DNA of 64,000 nt, taken from an uncultured Pseudobdellovibrionaceae bacterium (GTDB taxonomy: Bacteria > Bdellovibrionota > Bdellovibrionia > Bdellovibrionales > UBA1609). A program made the translations under genes and the position numbers. The notes beneath the pieces are model-generated. The model ran no database searches, was not told where the DNA came from, and saw only the letters and a list, made by a program, of their open reading frames with translations. Location: positions 800,001 to 864,000 of the forward strand of contig CAWDNU010000004.1 in NCBI GenBank assembly GCA_963803705.1, given 5' to 3'. This document shows, in pieces, positions 43,341 through 52,593 of this stretch. Position 1 is the stretch's first letter. Each line of letters begins with the position of its first letter.

Positions 43341-44624
43341 ATGAATTTATTTTTTAGATGCTGTCTTTTGATGCTTTCTAGCACTATTTTAAACATCAGA
43401 TCAGCTCCTGCTACCACCCTAAATAACAGCGAACTTGCAATACTTTCAGGGCTCACAGTGCAGAAAAGCATAATAGTTCTACCATTAAATACGCCCACTG
43501 AAGTTAATATAAACCCGAATCAGCAAATGTATATTAAAGACCGGCTTCTAAAGGTTAGAACCAAAGCTGGCAAAACTTATTTGATTGGCAAAAGTGTAGG
43601 TTCGACCCTTCTAAAACTAAAGCTTCACGAATATAGTGTCAAAGTGATTGGTCCTCATGAATGGGAGACCTACTTATATTTCAAAAAACTTTTTAACAGC
43701 CACCCAAATTTTAACTTAGATTATTCACCAAGTGTCCCTTTAGTTAGGGGAGAAATATTAACCAAGGGCGACATGGACCTTTTACTAAAATGGCTAAGTC
43801 TGTTTAAGCCAAGAGTAAAATTTGATCTGACGTTTAATAGTCTTGAGCTAAAGAAATTTGGCTTAGCCAAACTTTCTGATAAGTTTAGCATTCCAGTATT
43901 AGGACTTTCAACTGGCATGGAACTGACTCTTCAGCGAAGCCCATCTGATAAAATAAAAAGTGAGATCGAATCTTTTGGTATGAGTGTTGGCCCAAAAAAT
44001 TCTGGCGGCTCAGAGTTAGGTTTTCTAAACATACAATTTATAAATATCAGTGATTCGAAACTTCAAGTGGCCTCTTCTATTCTACCAAACAGTTTCCAAT
44101 GGACCTTAGGAGAGAAAATAAATATCTTGTCGCAGATCATTAATTCTGAATACTCTGAATTAATAACCGCGAATAACACAACGTCAAAAATTGACTTGAT
44201 GCTATTTGAAAATGAAAAGAGCGAATACCATTCTGGTGGAGAGTTCGCCATAAACCAACAAAGCATTTATAGAAATGACGTACAATGGAAGTCCTACGGT
44301 CTATTTATAGAAGCATACCCATCTACAGAAGCAAACCTTGATGTTAGTGTTTCTTTGAAAATCAAATTCAGCTATTTGATCTCGTCTGACTTAAATCAAC
44401 CTTCTTTAAGTCAAGAAAGCTGGGTCCAAAAGCTAAAGCTTGAGCCGAATAAAACTTTGATCATCAGTAATAATCTGACCCAAATGTCTTCCAAAAATAA
44501 AACCAACAATTTATTTTTAAATTCTATTCCTTTAATTGGTGCTCTTTTCAAGAGCAAAAAAAGTAGCCAAGAGAAATCAAATGTTTATATGCTAATTACG
44601 CTAAATCCAAGGCAGGAAAGGTAA
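43341..44624 (+). CDS. Tad/Flp pilus secretin-like protein (RcpA/CpaC), divergent
   Basis: Signal peptide, GKSVGST, HSGGEF, WKSYGL, LNSIPLIGALFKSK. Confidence 0.7.
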   Translation: MNLFFRCCLLMLSSTILNIRSAPATTLNNSELAILSGLTVQKSIIVLPLNTPTEVNINPNQQMYIKDRLLKVRTKAGKTYLIGKSVGSTLLKLKLHEYSVKVIGPHEWETYLYFKKLFNSHPNFNLDYSPSVPLVRGEILTKGDMDLLLKWLSLFKPRVKFDLTFNSLELKKFGLAKLSDKFSIPVLGLSTGMELTLQRSPSDKIKSEIESFGMSVGPKNSGGSELGFLNIQFINISDSKLQVASSILPNSFQWTLGEKINILSQIINSEYSELITANNTTSKIDLMLFENEKSEYHSGGEFAINQQSIYRNDVQWKSYGLFIEAYPSTEANLDVSVSLKIKFSYLISSDLNQPSLSQESWVQKLKLEPNKTLIISNNLTQMSSKNKTNNLFLNSIPLIGALFKSKKSSQEKSNVYMLITLNPRQER

Positions 44625-44626
44625 GC

Positions 44627-45796
44627 ATGAATGAGTTCCAAATTGGTACCGAGGAAAGCTGCGTGGATTTTAAAAGCAGCGTTATGCACTATAGAGAAAT
44701 TATGAAGACAATAGTTGAGCAAAAAAATCACTGGACTCAATTTAACGAATCCAGAAACCATGCTGTTGATCCAGAAAAGGAACTTGTAAAAGGTTATTTA
44801 GATAAGCTTACCCCCACACTACAAAAAAGACTTGAGCAAGAAATTTACGGTTTAGGACCATTAGAAGAATTAATTCAAGATCAGGAAGTTGATGAAATTT
44901 TGATCAACGGGCTATCAAAAATTTGTTTTGAGCGAAGTGGGTTGCTTAAAATTTACGATGATTCGTTTTACGATCAATCTTCTTTTGCAAGAATCTTTGA
45001 GACTATTTCAGATGGATTTTTTAAATCTATCAGTTATGAAAATCCAACAGCAAACGGCTTTTGGAACAACTTTAGGATACATGTTATTGCTCCACCACTA
45101 ACAAAATATAAACAGATATCAATGAGAAGAATCGGAGGGCAAAAATTTAAAAGTCTAAGTGAACTTAGTAATAAAAAATTTGTAAATAAAAATGGCTTAG
45201 AGCTCTTACTTGAAGCTTTAGATAAAAAGCTGAATCTTTTGATCTGTGGGGCAACAAGTTCAGGAAAAACAACATTTATACAGTGTCTAATGAATGAGTG
45301 CCCTGACGATAGATTTGTAATTCTGGAGGATTCTGAAGAATTAATACCGCCCAACGTTTTGAGTTCGGCCCTGATTTGTCCCACAAGACAAGAGCAGTAC
45401 AGCACAGTGTTTAGCATGAAAGACCTTGTCAAAGAGTCGTTAAGAATGAGGCCGGACAGAATCGTTCTAGGTGAAGCCAGATCTGATGAGGCTAAAGACT
45501 ATATTCAAGCCTTAAGCACCGGTCACAGGGGATGTTTTTCTTCTATTCATGCAGCCAGTCCAAGAGATGCACTGATTCGGCTTGAATGCCTGATTGCGCA
45601 AGGTGCCCAAAACTGGACAATTGAAACCATACAAAGACTTATTTTTTCTAGTATAGATTTGGTTATCCATATAGAAAAAAGTAGCGGGGGGATGCGCGAA
45701 TTAAAAAGTATCTCCAAAATTACTTCTTTAGAAAAAAATGGATTTCTGCTTCACGAAATTTATGAGCCTATGGCGTGCGAGAGCGTAAAAGCTTGA
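44627..45796 (+). CDS. cpaF: Tad pilus assembly ATPase CpaF/TadA
   Basis: GLGPLE, EILING, GATSSGKTT, LRMRPDRIVLGEAR, TGH. Confidence 0.88.
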   Translation: MNEFQIGTEESCVDFKSSVMHYREIMKTIVEQKNHWTQFNESRNHAVDPEKELVKGYLDKLTPTLQKRLEQEIYGLGPLEELIQDQEVDEILINGLSKICFERSGLLKIYDDSFYDQSSFARIFETISDGFFKSISYENPTANGFWNNFRIHVIAPPLTKYKQISMRRIGGQKFKSLSELSNKKFVNKNGLELLLEALDKKLNLLICGATSSGKTTFIQCLMNECPDDRFVILEDSEELIPPNVLSSALICPTRQEQYSTVFSMKDLVKESLRMRPDRIVLGEARSDEAKDYIQALSTGHRGCFSSIHAASPRDALIRLECLIAQGAQNWTIETIQRLIFSSIDLVIHIEKSSGGMRELKSISKITSLEKNGFLLHEIYEPMACESVKA

Positions 45797-45929
45797 CGAT
45801 CTAAAATGACTTCTAACCTTGCAAGACTAAAATTTTCTAGGTTCTATTGTAACAGATATGACAAGAAATAATCTGCAATTTTTTTCTGCAATTTTTTAAA
45901 GTCTCAAAATTGAAATTTTAAATCTTAAT

Positions 45930-47735
45930 TTATAAATTTGCGTTTTCTAGATTTGTCTTTCTTAGCTTTATATTTAATTCGATCAGTTGGTCATTATCAA
46001 CAGAAGACGGCGCTTCTGACATAAGACAGCTGCCTTTCGCGGTTTTAGGGAACGCAATCACGTCTCGAATAGCGTCAGTGTCGCCTAAAATCATAATCAA
46101 TCGGTCTAAACCCCAAGCAATACCACCGTGGGGAGGCGTTCCGTAAGTCAGAGCTTCATTGAAAAACCCAAATCGTTTCTGAATCTCTTCTTCAGATATT
46201 TTTAGCGCTTTAAAAATTTGCTTCTGAATTTTTGGATCGTGAATTCTAATACTTCCGCCGGCTATTTCGTGGCCATTACAGACAAAATCGTAGGCCTGGG
46301 ACATCACCTGATCGTATTTCGACTCTTGTCCACCCGTAAGTATCGCAAAACCGTCTTCACTTGGGGAAGTAAAAGGATGGTGGACGCTGTACCATCTTTT
46401 TTCTTTCGAATCGAACTCCATCAGTGGAAAATCTACTACCCAGCAAAATTTATCACCGTCAGTCGTATTAACTTGCGATTCTTCTTTAGCAATCTTCAGC
46501 CTAAGACCTCCTAAAGTTTCCGAGGCCACTTTCCAAGAGTCAGCGACTATAAAAATGGTGGCATCTTCGGCCTTAACCTTAAAAGCTTTTTTAAGTTCAA
46601 CTATGGATTCATCTGATAAAAACTTTTTGATAGGACTTTGAATTTCGCCTGAAGCAGATAGCTTAATCCATACTAAGCCCTTTGCTCCCAGGGCTTTTGT
46701 TGCATCAGTTAGTTTATCTAAACGACCACGGGTAAAGCTTTCTGCTCCTAAAAATGCCAAGCCCCTTACCACACCACCCATTTCTATGGCTGAATTAAAA
46801 ACTTTAAAGCCGAGGCTTGTTCCCCACTTCCCTAAATCAACAATTTCATGAGGTATTCGTAAATCTGGTTTGTCAGAGCCATACCTGTCCATAGCTTCTT
46901 TGAAGGTCATCACCGGAATTTCACCAATGTCTTGGCTTCTGTACTCTGACCATAATCCGCGGGCTAACTTTTCAGTTAGCTGCATTATTTGCTCTTGCTT
47001 AACGAAACTCATCTCTATATCAATCTGTGTAAACTCTGGCTGGCGGTCTGCTCGTAAGTCTTCGTCTCTGAAGCATCGAGCAATTTGAAAATATTTATCC
47101 ATCCCACCAATCATCAGTAGCTGTTTTAAAGTTTGAGGGCTCTGTGGAAGAGCGTAGAAGCTTCCAGCCTGAATTCTTGAAGGCACCAAAAAGTCCCTGG
47201 CACCTTCTGGAGTGGACTTGTACAAAATTGGCGTTTCAATCTCATAAAATCCTTCCTCAGTTAAAAAGTTACGCACTTTTTGGCTTACGAAGTGGCGAAG
47301 CTTTAACAATTTAGTCAGGTGATGCGAGCGCATTTCTAGGTACCGATATTTGAGCCGTAAATTTTCTGAAACGTTTTTTTCAAATGGTAGAAACGGCAAA
47401 GGCTCTGCTTCTGATAAGATCTTTAGAGTTTCAGCGTGAATTTCAATGGCACCTGTTGAGAGTTTCTTATTTTTCATCCCATCGGGGCGCTCTATCACTT
47501 TACCCTCAACGTAAATTACAAACTCATTCTTTAAATTTTTACATTCTGGTGTTTTTTTGGGATCAAAAACTACTTGGACAAAGCCCTCTCTGTCTCGGAC
47601 GTCGACAAATACCAGTCCCCCATGGTCCCTTCGGGTGTCACACCAGCCCATCAGAACTACACTCTGGTTTTTAAAATCTATATTTAAATCACCGCAGTAA
47701 GCTGATCTAACTTTGTCTAGAGTCAATTTTCCCAA
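45930..47735 (-). CDS. aspS: Aspartate-tRNA ligase
   Basis: RDHGG, STPEGARD, LPQSPQ, RCFRDEDLRADRQPEF, PPHGGIAWGLDR. Confidence 0.97.
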   Translation of the reverse strand: MGKLTLDKVRSAYCGDLNIDFKNQSVVLMGWCDTRRDHGGLVFVDVRDREGFVQVVFDPKKTPECKNLKNEFVIYVEGKVIERPDGMKNKKLSTGAIEIHAETLKILSEAEPLPFLPFEKNVSENLRLKYRYLEMRSHHLTKLLKLRHFVSQKVRNFLTEEGFYEIETPILYKSTPEGARDFLVPSRIQAGSFYALPQSPQTLKQLLMIGGMDKYFQIARCFRDEDLRADRQPEFTQIDIEMSFVKQEQIMQLTEKLARGLWSEYRSQDIGEIPVMTFKEAMDRYGSDKPDLRIPHEIVDLGKWGTSLGFKVFNSAIEMGGVVRGLAFLGAESFTRGRLDKLTDATKALGAKGLVWIKLSASGEIQSPIKKFLSDESIVELKKAFKVKAEDATIFIVADSWKVASETLGGLRLKIAKEESQVNTTDGDKFCWVVDFPLMEFDSKEKRWYSVHHPFTSPSEDGFAILTGGQESKYDQVMSQAYDFVCNGHEIAGGSIRIHDPKIQKQIFKALKISEEEIQKRFGFFNEALTYGTPPHGGIAWGLDRLIMILGDTDAIRDVIAFPKTAKGSCLMSEAPSSVDNDQLIELNIKLRKTNLENANL

Positions 47736-47825
47736 TCTTTGTTCCCTTTTTTCCCGAGTCTTATATTTTCACTTTCAAAAGCTTTTTAGTTGCAATTTAG
47801 TAACTCTGATATATTAGTTTTAAAT

Positions 47826-48131
47826 ATGCCACAAGTTAAGTTTGAAAAGCAGATTTCTTTAGCGCCAAAAGAGGCCTTTGATAAGTTAAAAGGTCTGCTA
47901 GATGGTGCGTCTGAATTGAAAAAGATAGATCCAGACATTGTCTTAACAGTTAAAGAAGAAGATATGAGCGTTTTAGCTGAGGGATCAAAAATTAATGGAA
48001 CCGTATCAATTCAGGCTTATAGCAAAACCCAGTCCACAGTAAAAGTTGATTTAAGCATTCCTTGGGCTTTTGCACCTTTTAAATCTATAATTACATCAAA
48101 ATTAGAAGAAAAAATTGCTGAATTATGCTAA
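47826..48131 (+). CDS. Small SRPBCC/PHA-system-like protein
   Basis: About 100 aa alpha/beta ORF ending VDLSIPWAFAPFKSIITSKLEEKI; ATG 47826 preferred. Confidence 0.5.
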   Translation: MPQVKFEKQISLAPKEAFDKLKGLLDGASELKKIDPDIVLTVKEEDMSVLAEGSKINGTVSIQAYSKTQSTVKVDLSIPWAFAPFKSIITSKLEEKIAELC

Positions 48132-48142
48132 GTTTCTAAATT

Positions 48143-49234
48143 ATGCCCAGTAAAAAGGCTTCAAAAAAGAAACAGACAGTCCGTCGACTTAAGAAAAAAG
48201 TGTCGAAGAAGAAGGCTTTAGAATCAATTTTTGATATTATCGAACCTAATATTGGATCTGACATTGAATCTAATGTTGAATCTAATGCTGAACTTAATGT
48301 TGAATCTAATGTCGAATCTGATATTGAATGTATTTCATCTACTAAGACAAAGGCCTTAGAAAGCAAAAGCAGCTCTTCACCTCGTCAGATTGAAAAAATA
48401 AAAAATGACGAAGTCTTAGTTTCAGATGCTTTGACCCAATATCTTACAAAGATTAGAAATTATCCTGTTCTAAGTAAAGAAAAAGAGCACGAGCTTGCTG
48501 TCCAGTACTACGAGGATGGAGACCGTGATGCCGCGGAACTTTTGGTGCGCTCTAACTTAAAATTTGTTGTTAAAATTGCAATGGAATATTCTAAGTTTGG
48601 AGCTAAGCTGATCGATATAATCCAGGAAGGTAATGTTGGGTTGATGCATGCTCTTAAAGAGTACAATCCGTACAAAGGTGTTAAACTTATAAGCTATGCC
48701 GTATGGTGGATAAGGGGCTATATTCAAGATTACATGATGAAACAACAGTCATTAGTAAAAATAGGTACTAACCAAAAGCAAAGAAAATTATTTTACCAGC
48801 TAGAAAAAGAGCATTCCAAAATTATTCGTGAAGGTCTTCAAAGCACTCCCTTGTTGTTAAGCCAAAGGCTAGACGTGACAGAAAAAGATGTCTTAGATAT
48901 GCAGCAGCGACTTGGGCATAAAGATTTAAGTTTGGACCAGAACTTATCTGAAAATTCTGATTCGAATTGGTTAGAACAGCAAACTGATGAAGCCTCAGAA
49001 CCGATGGATGATCTAATTATCCAGGCCGAACAGCTGGAGTTATTAAAAGACAAGATCGAGGATCTGAAGCACGAACTTAACCCTAAAGAGATTCAGCTTC
49101 TAGACAATAGGATACTAAGCGACAATCCAGTGACACTGAAGTCCTTAGGTGATGAGTGGGGAGTGACACGTGAAGCTGCTAGACAAACCGAGTCTCGCCT
49201 AATTGAAAAAATAAAAAAAGCTTTTTTAAATTAA
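48143..49234 (+). CDS. rpoH: RNA polymerase sigma factor, RpoH (sigma32) family, with N-terminal extension
   Basis: SNLKFVVKIA, DIIQEGNVGL, SYAVWWI, RpoH box QRKLFY, GVTREAARQ. Confidence 0.88.
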   Translation: MPSKKASKKKQTVRRLKKKVSKKKALESIFDIIEPNIGSDIESNVESNAELNVESNVESDIECISSTKTKALESKSSSSPRQIEKIKNDEVLVSDALTQYLTKIRNYPVLSKEKEHELAVQYYEDGDRDAAELLVRSNLKFVVKIAMEYSKFGAKLIDIIQEGNVGLMHALKEYNPYKGVKLISYAVWWIRGYIQDYMMKQQSLVKIGTNQKQRKLFYQLEKEHSKIIREGLQSTPLLLSQRLDVTEKDVLDMQQRLGHKDLSLDQNLSENSDSNWLEQQTDEASEPMDDLIIQAEQLELLKDKIEDLKHELNPKEIQLLDNRILSDNPVTLKSLGDEWGVTREAARQTESRLIEKIKKAFLN

Positions 49235-49323
49235 TTGCTCGAAGGTGAGTTTTACATCAGCTCTTACGGTGTGACTGAGTTGTCTAGTTTACTTGCTTAC
49301 GCTTTTTGGAACTTTTCTTTAAT

Positions 49324-50106
49324 TTAGCTTGCCAACAGCTCTTCGTCTTCGAAAGTTTGCTGCAGCTTATTTTTTAATTTGGAAACTGCTTGGGCATGTA
49401 ATTGTGAAATTCTACTTTCAGTAACTCGCAGAACTTTACCTATCTCTTTTAAGTTTAAATCCTCATAATAGTAGAGCGAAAGAACCAGACGCTGCCTTTC
49501 AGGCAAACTTTCAATGCATTTAGCTATTGTTTTTTGAACTTTTTTTACATTCAATTGAACTAGTGGGTTATTTAGCTTGCTACCATCTAAAATGTTAACC
49601 ATGGATCTTTTATCGAAGTTTGCATACGAAGATTGGTCATCAACGGACAGAACGCTGACTGGTTTTACCTGATTTACTAAAGAGTGATATTCTTCCAAAG
49701 TTATTTCTAAGCCCTCTGCGACTTCTCTTTCATTTGGTGAGCGGCCCAGTTCTGACTCTAATTTGGCAACCATTCTGTCTAAACGTTTAGACTTATCCCT
49801 AACAGACCTAGGAACCCAATCCTGAGCCCTTAGCTCGTCTAAGATTGCTCCACGAATTCTAAATTCAGCATATGTTTTAAATTTATTGTCTCTTGTCGGA
49901 TCATACTTTTCAATCGCGTCCATCAGACCAATGACTCCACTGGAGATCAAATCATCCAGTTCAATATTGGAAGGTAAACGTATTGCTATTTTCTGAGCTA
50001 TAAACTTTATCAATGGCGCGTATTCTGTGATGAGTCTTGTTTTTTGCTCATTGTTTAGAACCTTATTTTCAGTTTTCATTCTTTTAGCCATAGATTGCTC
50101 AGCCAT
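49324..50106 (-). CDS. fliA: Sigma factor FliA (sigma28)
   Basis: DDLISSGVIGL, YAEFRIRGAILDELRAQDWVPRSVR, LYYYEDLNLKEIG, ESRISQLH. Confidence 0.95.
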   Translation of the reverse strand: MAEQSMAKRMKTENKVLNNEQKTRLITEYAPLIKFIAQKIAIRLPSNIELDDLISSGVIGLMDAIEKYDPTRDNKFKTYAEFRIRGAILDELRAQDWVPRSVRDKSKRLDRMVAKLESELGRSPNEREVAEGLEITLEEYHSLVNQVKPVSVLSVDDQSSYANFDKRSMVNILDGSKLNNPLVQLNVKKVQKTIAKCIESLPERQRLVLSLYYYEDLNLKEIGKVLRVTESRISQLHAQAVSKLKNKLQQTFEDEELLAS

Positions 50107-50284
50107 ATTCCCCTCTCCCCTTTTGTAGTTATCAGTATATCAAAACGAGAACTGATAATGAAAATTTTAATACCCTGCAAAATCCTAAAATCTGTACTGC
50201 ACTGACCCAAACCTCTGAAATAACTCTAAAATTTTAAATATAAAAAAACACACAAGTGATCAAGATGTCCTGTAAAAAAGTTTT

Positions 50285-51214
50285 TCATTTGTTACCAGAA
50301 TGTTGCGAGAGTTCTTCACCTAGCAATTCATCTAAACTCTTAAGTGTTTGTGCCTCGGGATTCAATATTGTACCAACACTGTTTTCATCCCATAAAAAAG
50401 CGACCTTGGTTTCACTCAATAATGATTCACCTATCACCGAAAATACTGACGAACTAGAATCATAACCTCCAGCGATAAAAGAGGTTTGGTTCTGAAAAAA
50501 ATTTTCAGAGACTAATCCAGGTGCCTGAAGAAGGCTAAACTTTCTTTTTAAATTTTTGTCTATCAGTGAATCGGGAGCGATAAAAGCAAGCTGCTCTGGA
50601 GTTACTAAAATTAATCCTATTTTTGCATCTATATCAGCTTTGTATTCGTTTATCGTTGCAGTGGATGCATAAGACATAACCTGCACCTGGTTTGAAACCT
50701 TTAATTCCTTAACCGAAGATTTCATTGCCTCTGGGCAAAGGACAAATATTCCAATTTCTGAGATGGCAGACGTAATTGATTTCTGGTAAGAGCAGAAAAA
50801 GCTAGTTAGATCCGCTTCTGGCGCCACATATACCAAAACTTTAGCCAGACCATCTGGTTTTACAAAATTTTTAGCGTCCATCACGATGTCTCTGAAGTGA
50901 TCTTCTGGATGAGTCTCCCAAAAATTATCTTTAGCTTTAGTTCTTTTTAAAACCTCAGCAATAAGTGAATTTTTCAGCCCTGATGTTGACATCTGTTTTA
51001 CGAAGTTTTCCCAGACTGTTTCCAGATCGTTCGCTTTGGAAGACTGGCGAAATTTAACTAATTTTAAAACAGTTTCCGTGCTTTCAGTTTCGCTATTTTT
51101 TTTACTCACCAGATGAAAGTTTTTTTTTCTGTAGTCATTTAGGATTTCTAGGGCCTCAGATTCAGACTTACAGTTGAAAACCAATTCCTTGGCATTTAGT
51201 TTTGGTGCAGACAT
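50285..51214 (-). CDS. Degenerate FlhF-like protein (GTPase motifs lost)
   Basis: N-terminal F-x-C-K-S-x-x-EAL; KVLVYVAPEADLTS at the expected P-loop position; LILVTPE at the DTxG position; located before fliA. Confidence 0.55.
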   Translation of the reverse strand: MSAPKLNAKELVFNCKSESEALEILNDYRKKNFHLVSKKNSETESTETVLKLVKFRQSSKANDLETVWENFVKQMSTSGLKNSLIAEVLKRTKAKDNFWETHPEDHFRDIVMDAKNFVKPDGLAKVLVYVAPEADLTSFFCSYQKSITSAISEIGIFVLCPEAMKSSVKELKVSNQVQVMSYASTATINEYKADIDAKIGLILVTPEQLAFIAPDSLIDKNLKRKFSLLQAPGLVSENFFQNQTSFIAGGYDSSSSVFSVIGESLLSETKVAFLWDENSVGTILNPEAQTLKSLDELLGEELSQHSGNK

Positions 51215-51216
51215 AC

Positions 51217-51711
51217 TTAGTAAACCCTCACTAATTTATACTCTGATTGGACAATGCGACCTTTGCTTAAAAATTGATTTAGGTAGTACGAAAGTTTAGG
51301 GTCATTCACTTTGGTATTATGCTTAGGCATCATCCTGGATTCAGAATTAGCAAAATGGATTAGAATTAAGTTTCTAATTTCAGTTCTTTGAGACTCAATG
51401 TTAAATTCATTTAAGTTTTTACCATAAAAACTAAAGTCTAACTCTGCCAATTTGGAGCTTTTTCTTGAGTCACCATCAAATCTTAGAATGACCTTTGGAA
51501 ATGACACTTTTTCTAGATTCGTTGGGGGCTTATGCTCTTTATGTTGAACCACTGACACCTGCTTTGCATTTTTGCAGCCATTAGTAGTTAGGACCACGCA
51601 GCCCAGTAAAGTAAAAGTTGCGATACGACCACCTACAGATATTACTGCAGGGAACGAATCTTTAAGAGACTTATTTAAGCTTAGTCTTAGAACATCCTTG
51701 ATCATTGACAC
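51217..51711 (-). CDS. FliL-like protein
   Basis: One hydrophobic segment, EIRNLILIHF and LNQFLSKGRIVQ C-terminal FliL-like pattern. Confidence 0.6.
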   Translation of the reverse strand: MSMIKDVLRLSLNKSLKDSFPAVISVGGRIATFTLLGCVVLTTNGCKNAKQVSVVQHKEHKPPTNLEKVSFPKVILRFDGDSRKSSKLAELDFSFYGKNLNEFNIESQRTEIRNLILIHFANSESRMMPKHNTKVNDPKLSYYLNQFLSKGRIVQSEYKLVRVY

Positions 51712-51722
51712 ATAAGATATAA

Positions 51723-51738
51723 AGCAATCTTGGTGCCA
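51723..51738 (-). promoter_or_regulatory. sigma54 promoter of the fliL-like/flhF-like unit
   Basis: Minus strand TGGCACCAAGATTGCT, near-consensus -24/-12. Confidence 0.75.
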
Positions 51739-51909
51739 TCAAGACTTCGGTGTAGAAAACCTGGCAGTTAGGCCTGAAATTCAATGCTGTAATGCATTTC
51801 CAGGATTTAAGATGGGTCATAATATTGACCGTTAATACTGTTTGTCCAGTTGGTATTCTGACATGGCCTAAGACTTGACAATAAGGACCTTAAAATAGAT
51901 TTTGGTCCT

Positions 51910-52593
51910 ATGGCTAAGTTTTTTTTGTTCGTATTTACAGTTCTTTTATCATTGTCTTTAGGTCTTTTTGTAGGTCAAAATTATTTGCTTGAGCCGGATA
52001 GCTCCGCAGCTGTTCACACAGATGAAAATGCGTTCGATCAGGATAAATCTAGTGTAAGCTCTTACATCAGAAACTTAGTAAATCAGATATTCGCAAACGA
52101 TGAAATTGCAGTTGGTAAAATAAAAGAGGGTTCTGCAGAGGTCTCTGAGAACCAAATTAATGACCAAGAAGAGCTTAAGAATATTAAGTCAATTCCTATG
52201 CACCAGGGCAAGGACGAGCCTATAAAGTTTAGGGATCAAAACGATTCACCTGCAAAAAATATAGTCGTTGAAACTCAAAAAGTAAAAAAAGTAGTTGAGC
52301 AAAAACCGGCGGTTGAAAATCCGATATCGGCTCAATCAAATGTCGGACCTAATTTTTTGGATGGTTGGGTGATTCAAGTTGCCGCTTTTCAAGATGTTAA
52401 CGATGCGTTGAAAATTAAGACCAAAATAGTTTCCGCCGGCTATCCTAATTATGTCTATAAAACTGAAATTAACGGTAAGTTCTGGTTTAGAGTGAACGTA
52501 GGTCCGTTTAGAACTGTTACCGAAGCAACCAATTATAAACAAACCCAGAAAGTCCACTTAAAATTTAAAGGTGCTTTCGTAAGAAAGTTATAA
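51910..52593 (+). CDS. SPOR-domain cell division protein
   Basis: N-terminal TM, WVIQVAAF, WFRVNVGPF. Confidence 0.88.
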   Translation: MAKFFLFVFTVLLSLSLGLFVGQNYLLEPDSSAAVHTDENAFDQDKSSVSSYIRNLVNQIFANDEIAVGKIKEGSAEVSENQINDQEELKNIKSIPMHQGKDEPIKFRDQNDSPAKNIVVETQKVKKVVEQKPAVENPISAQSNVGPNFLDGWVIQVAAFQDVNDALKIKTKIVSAGYPNYVYKTEINGKFWFRVNVGPFRTVTEATNYKQTQKVHLKFKGAFVRKL

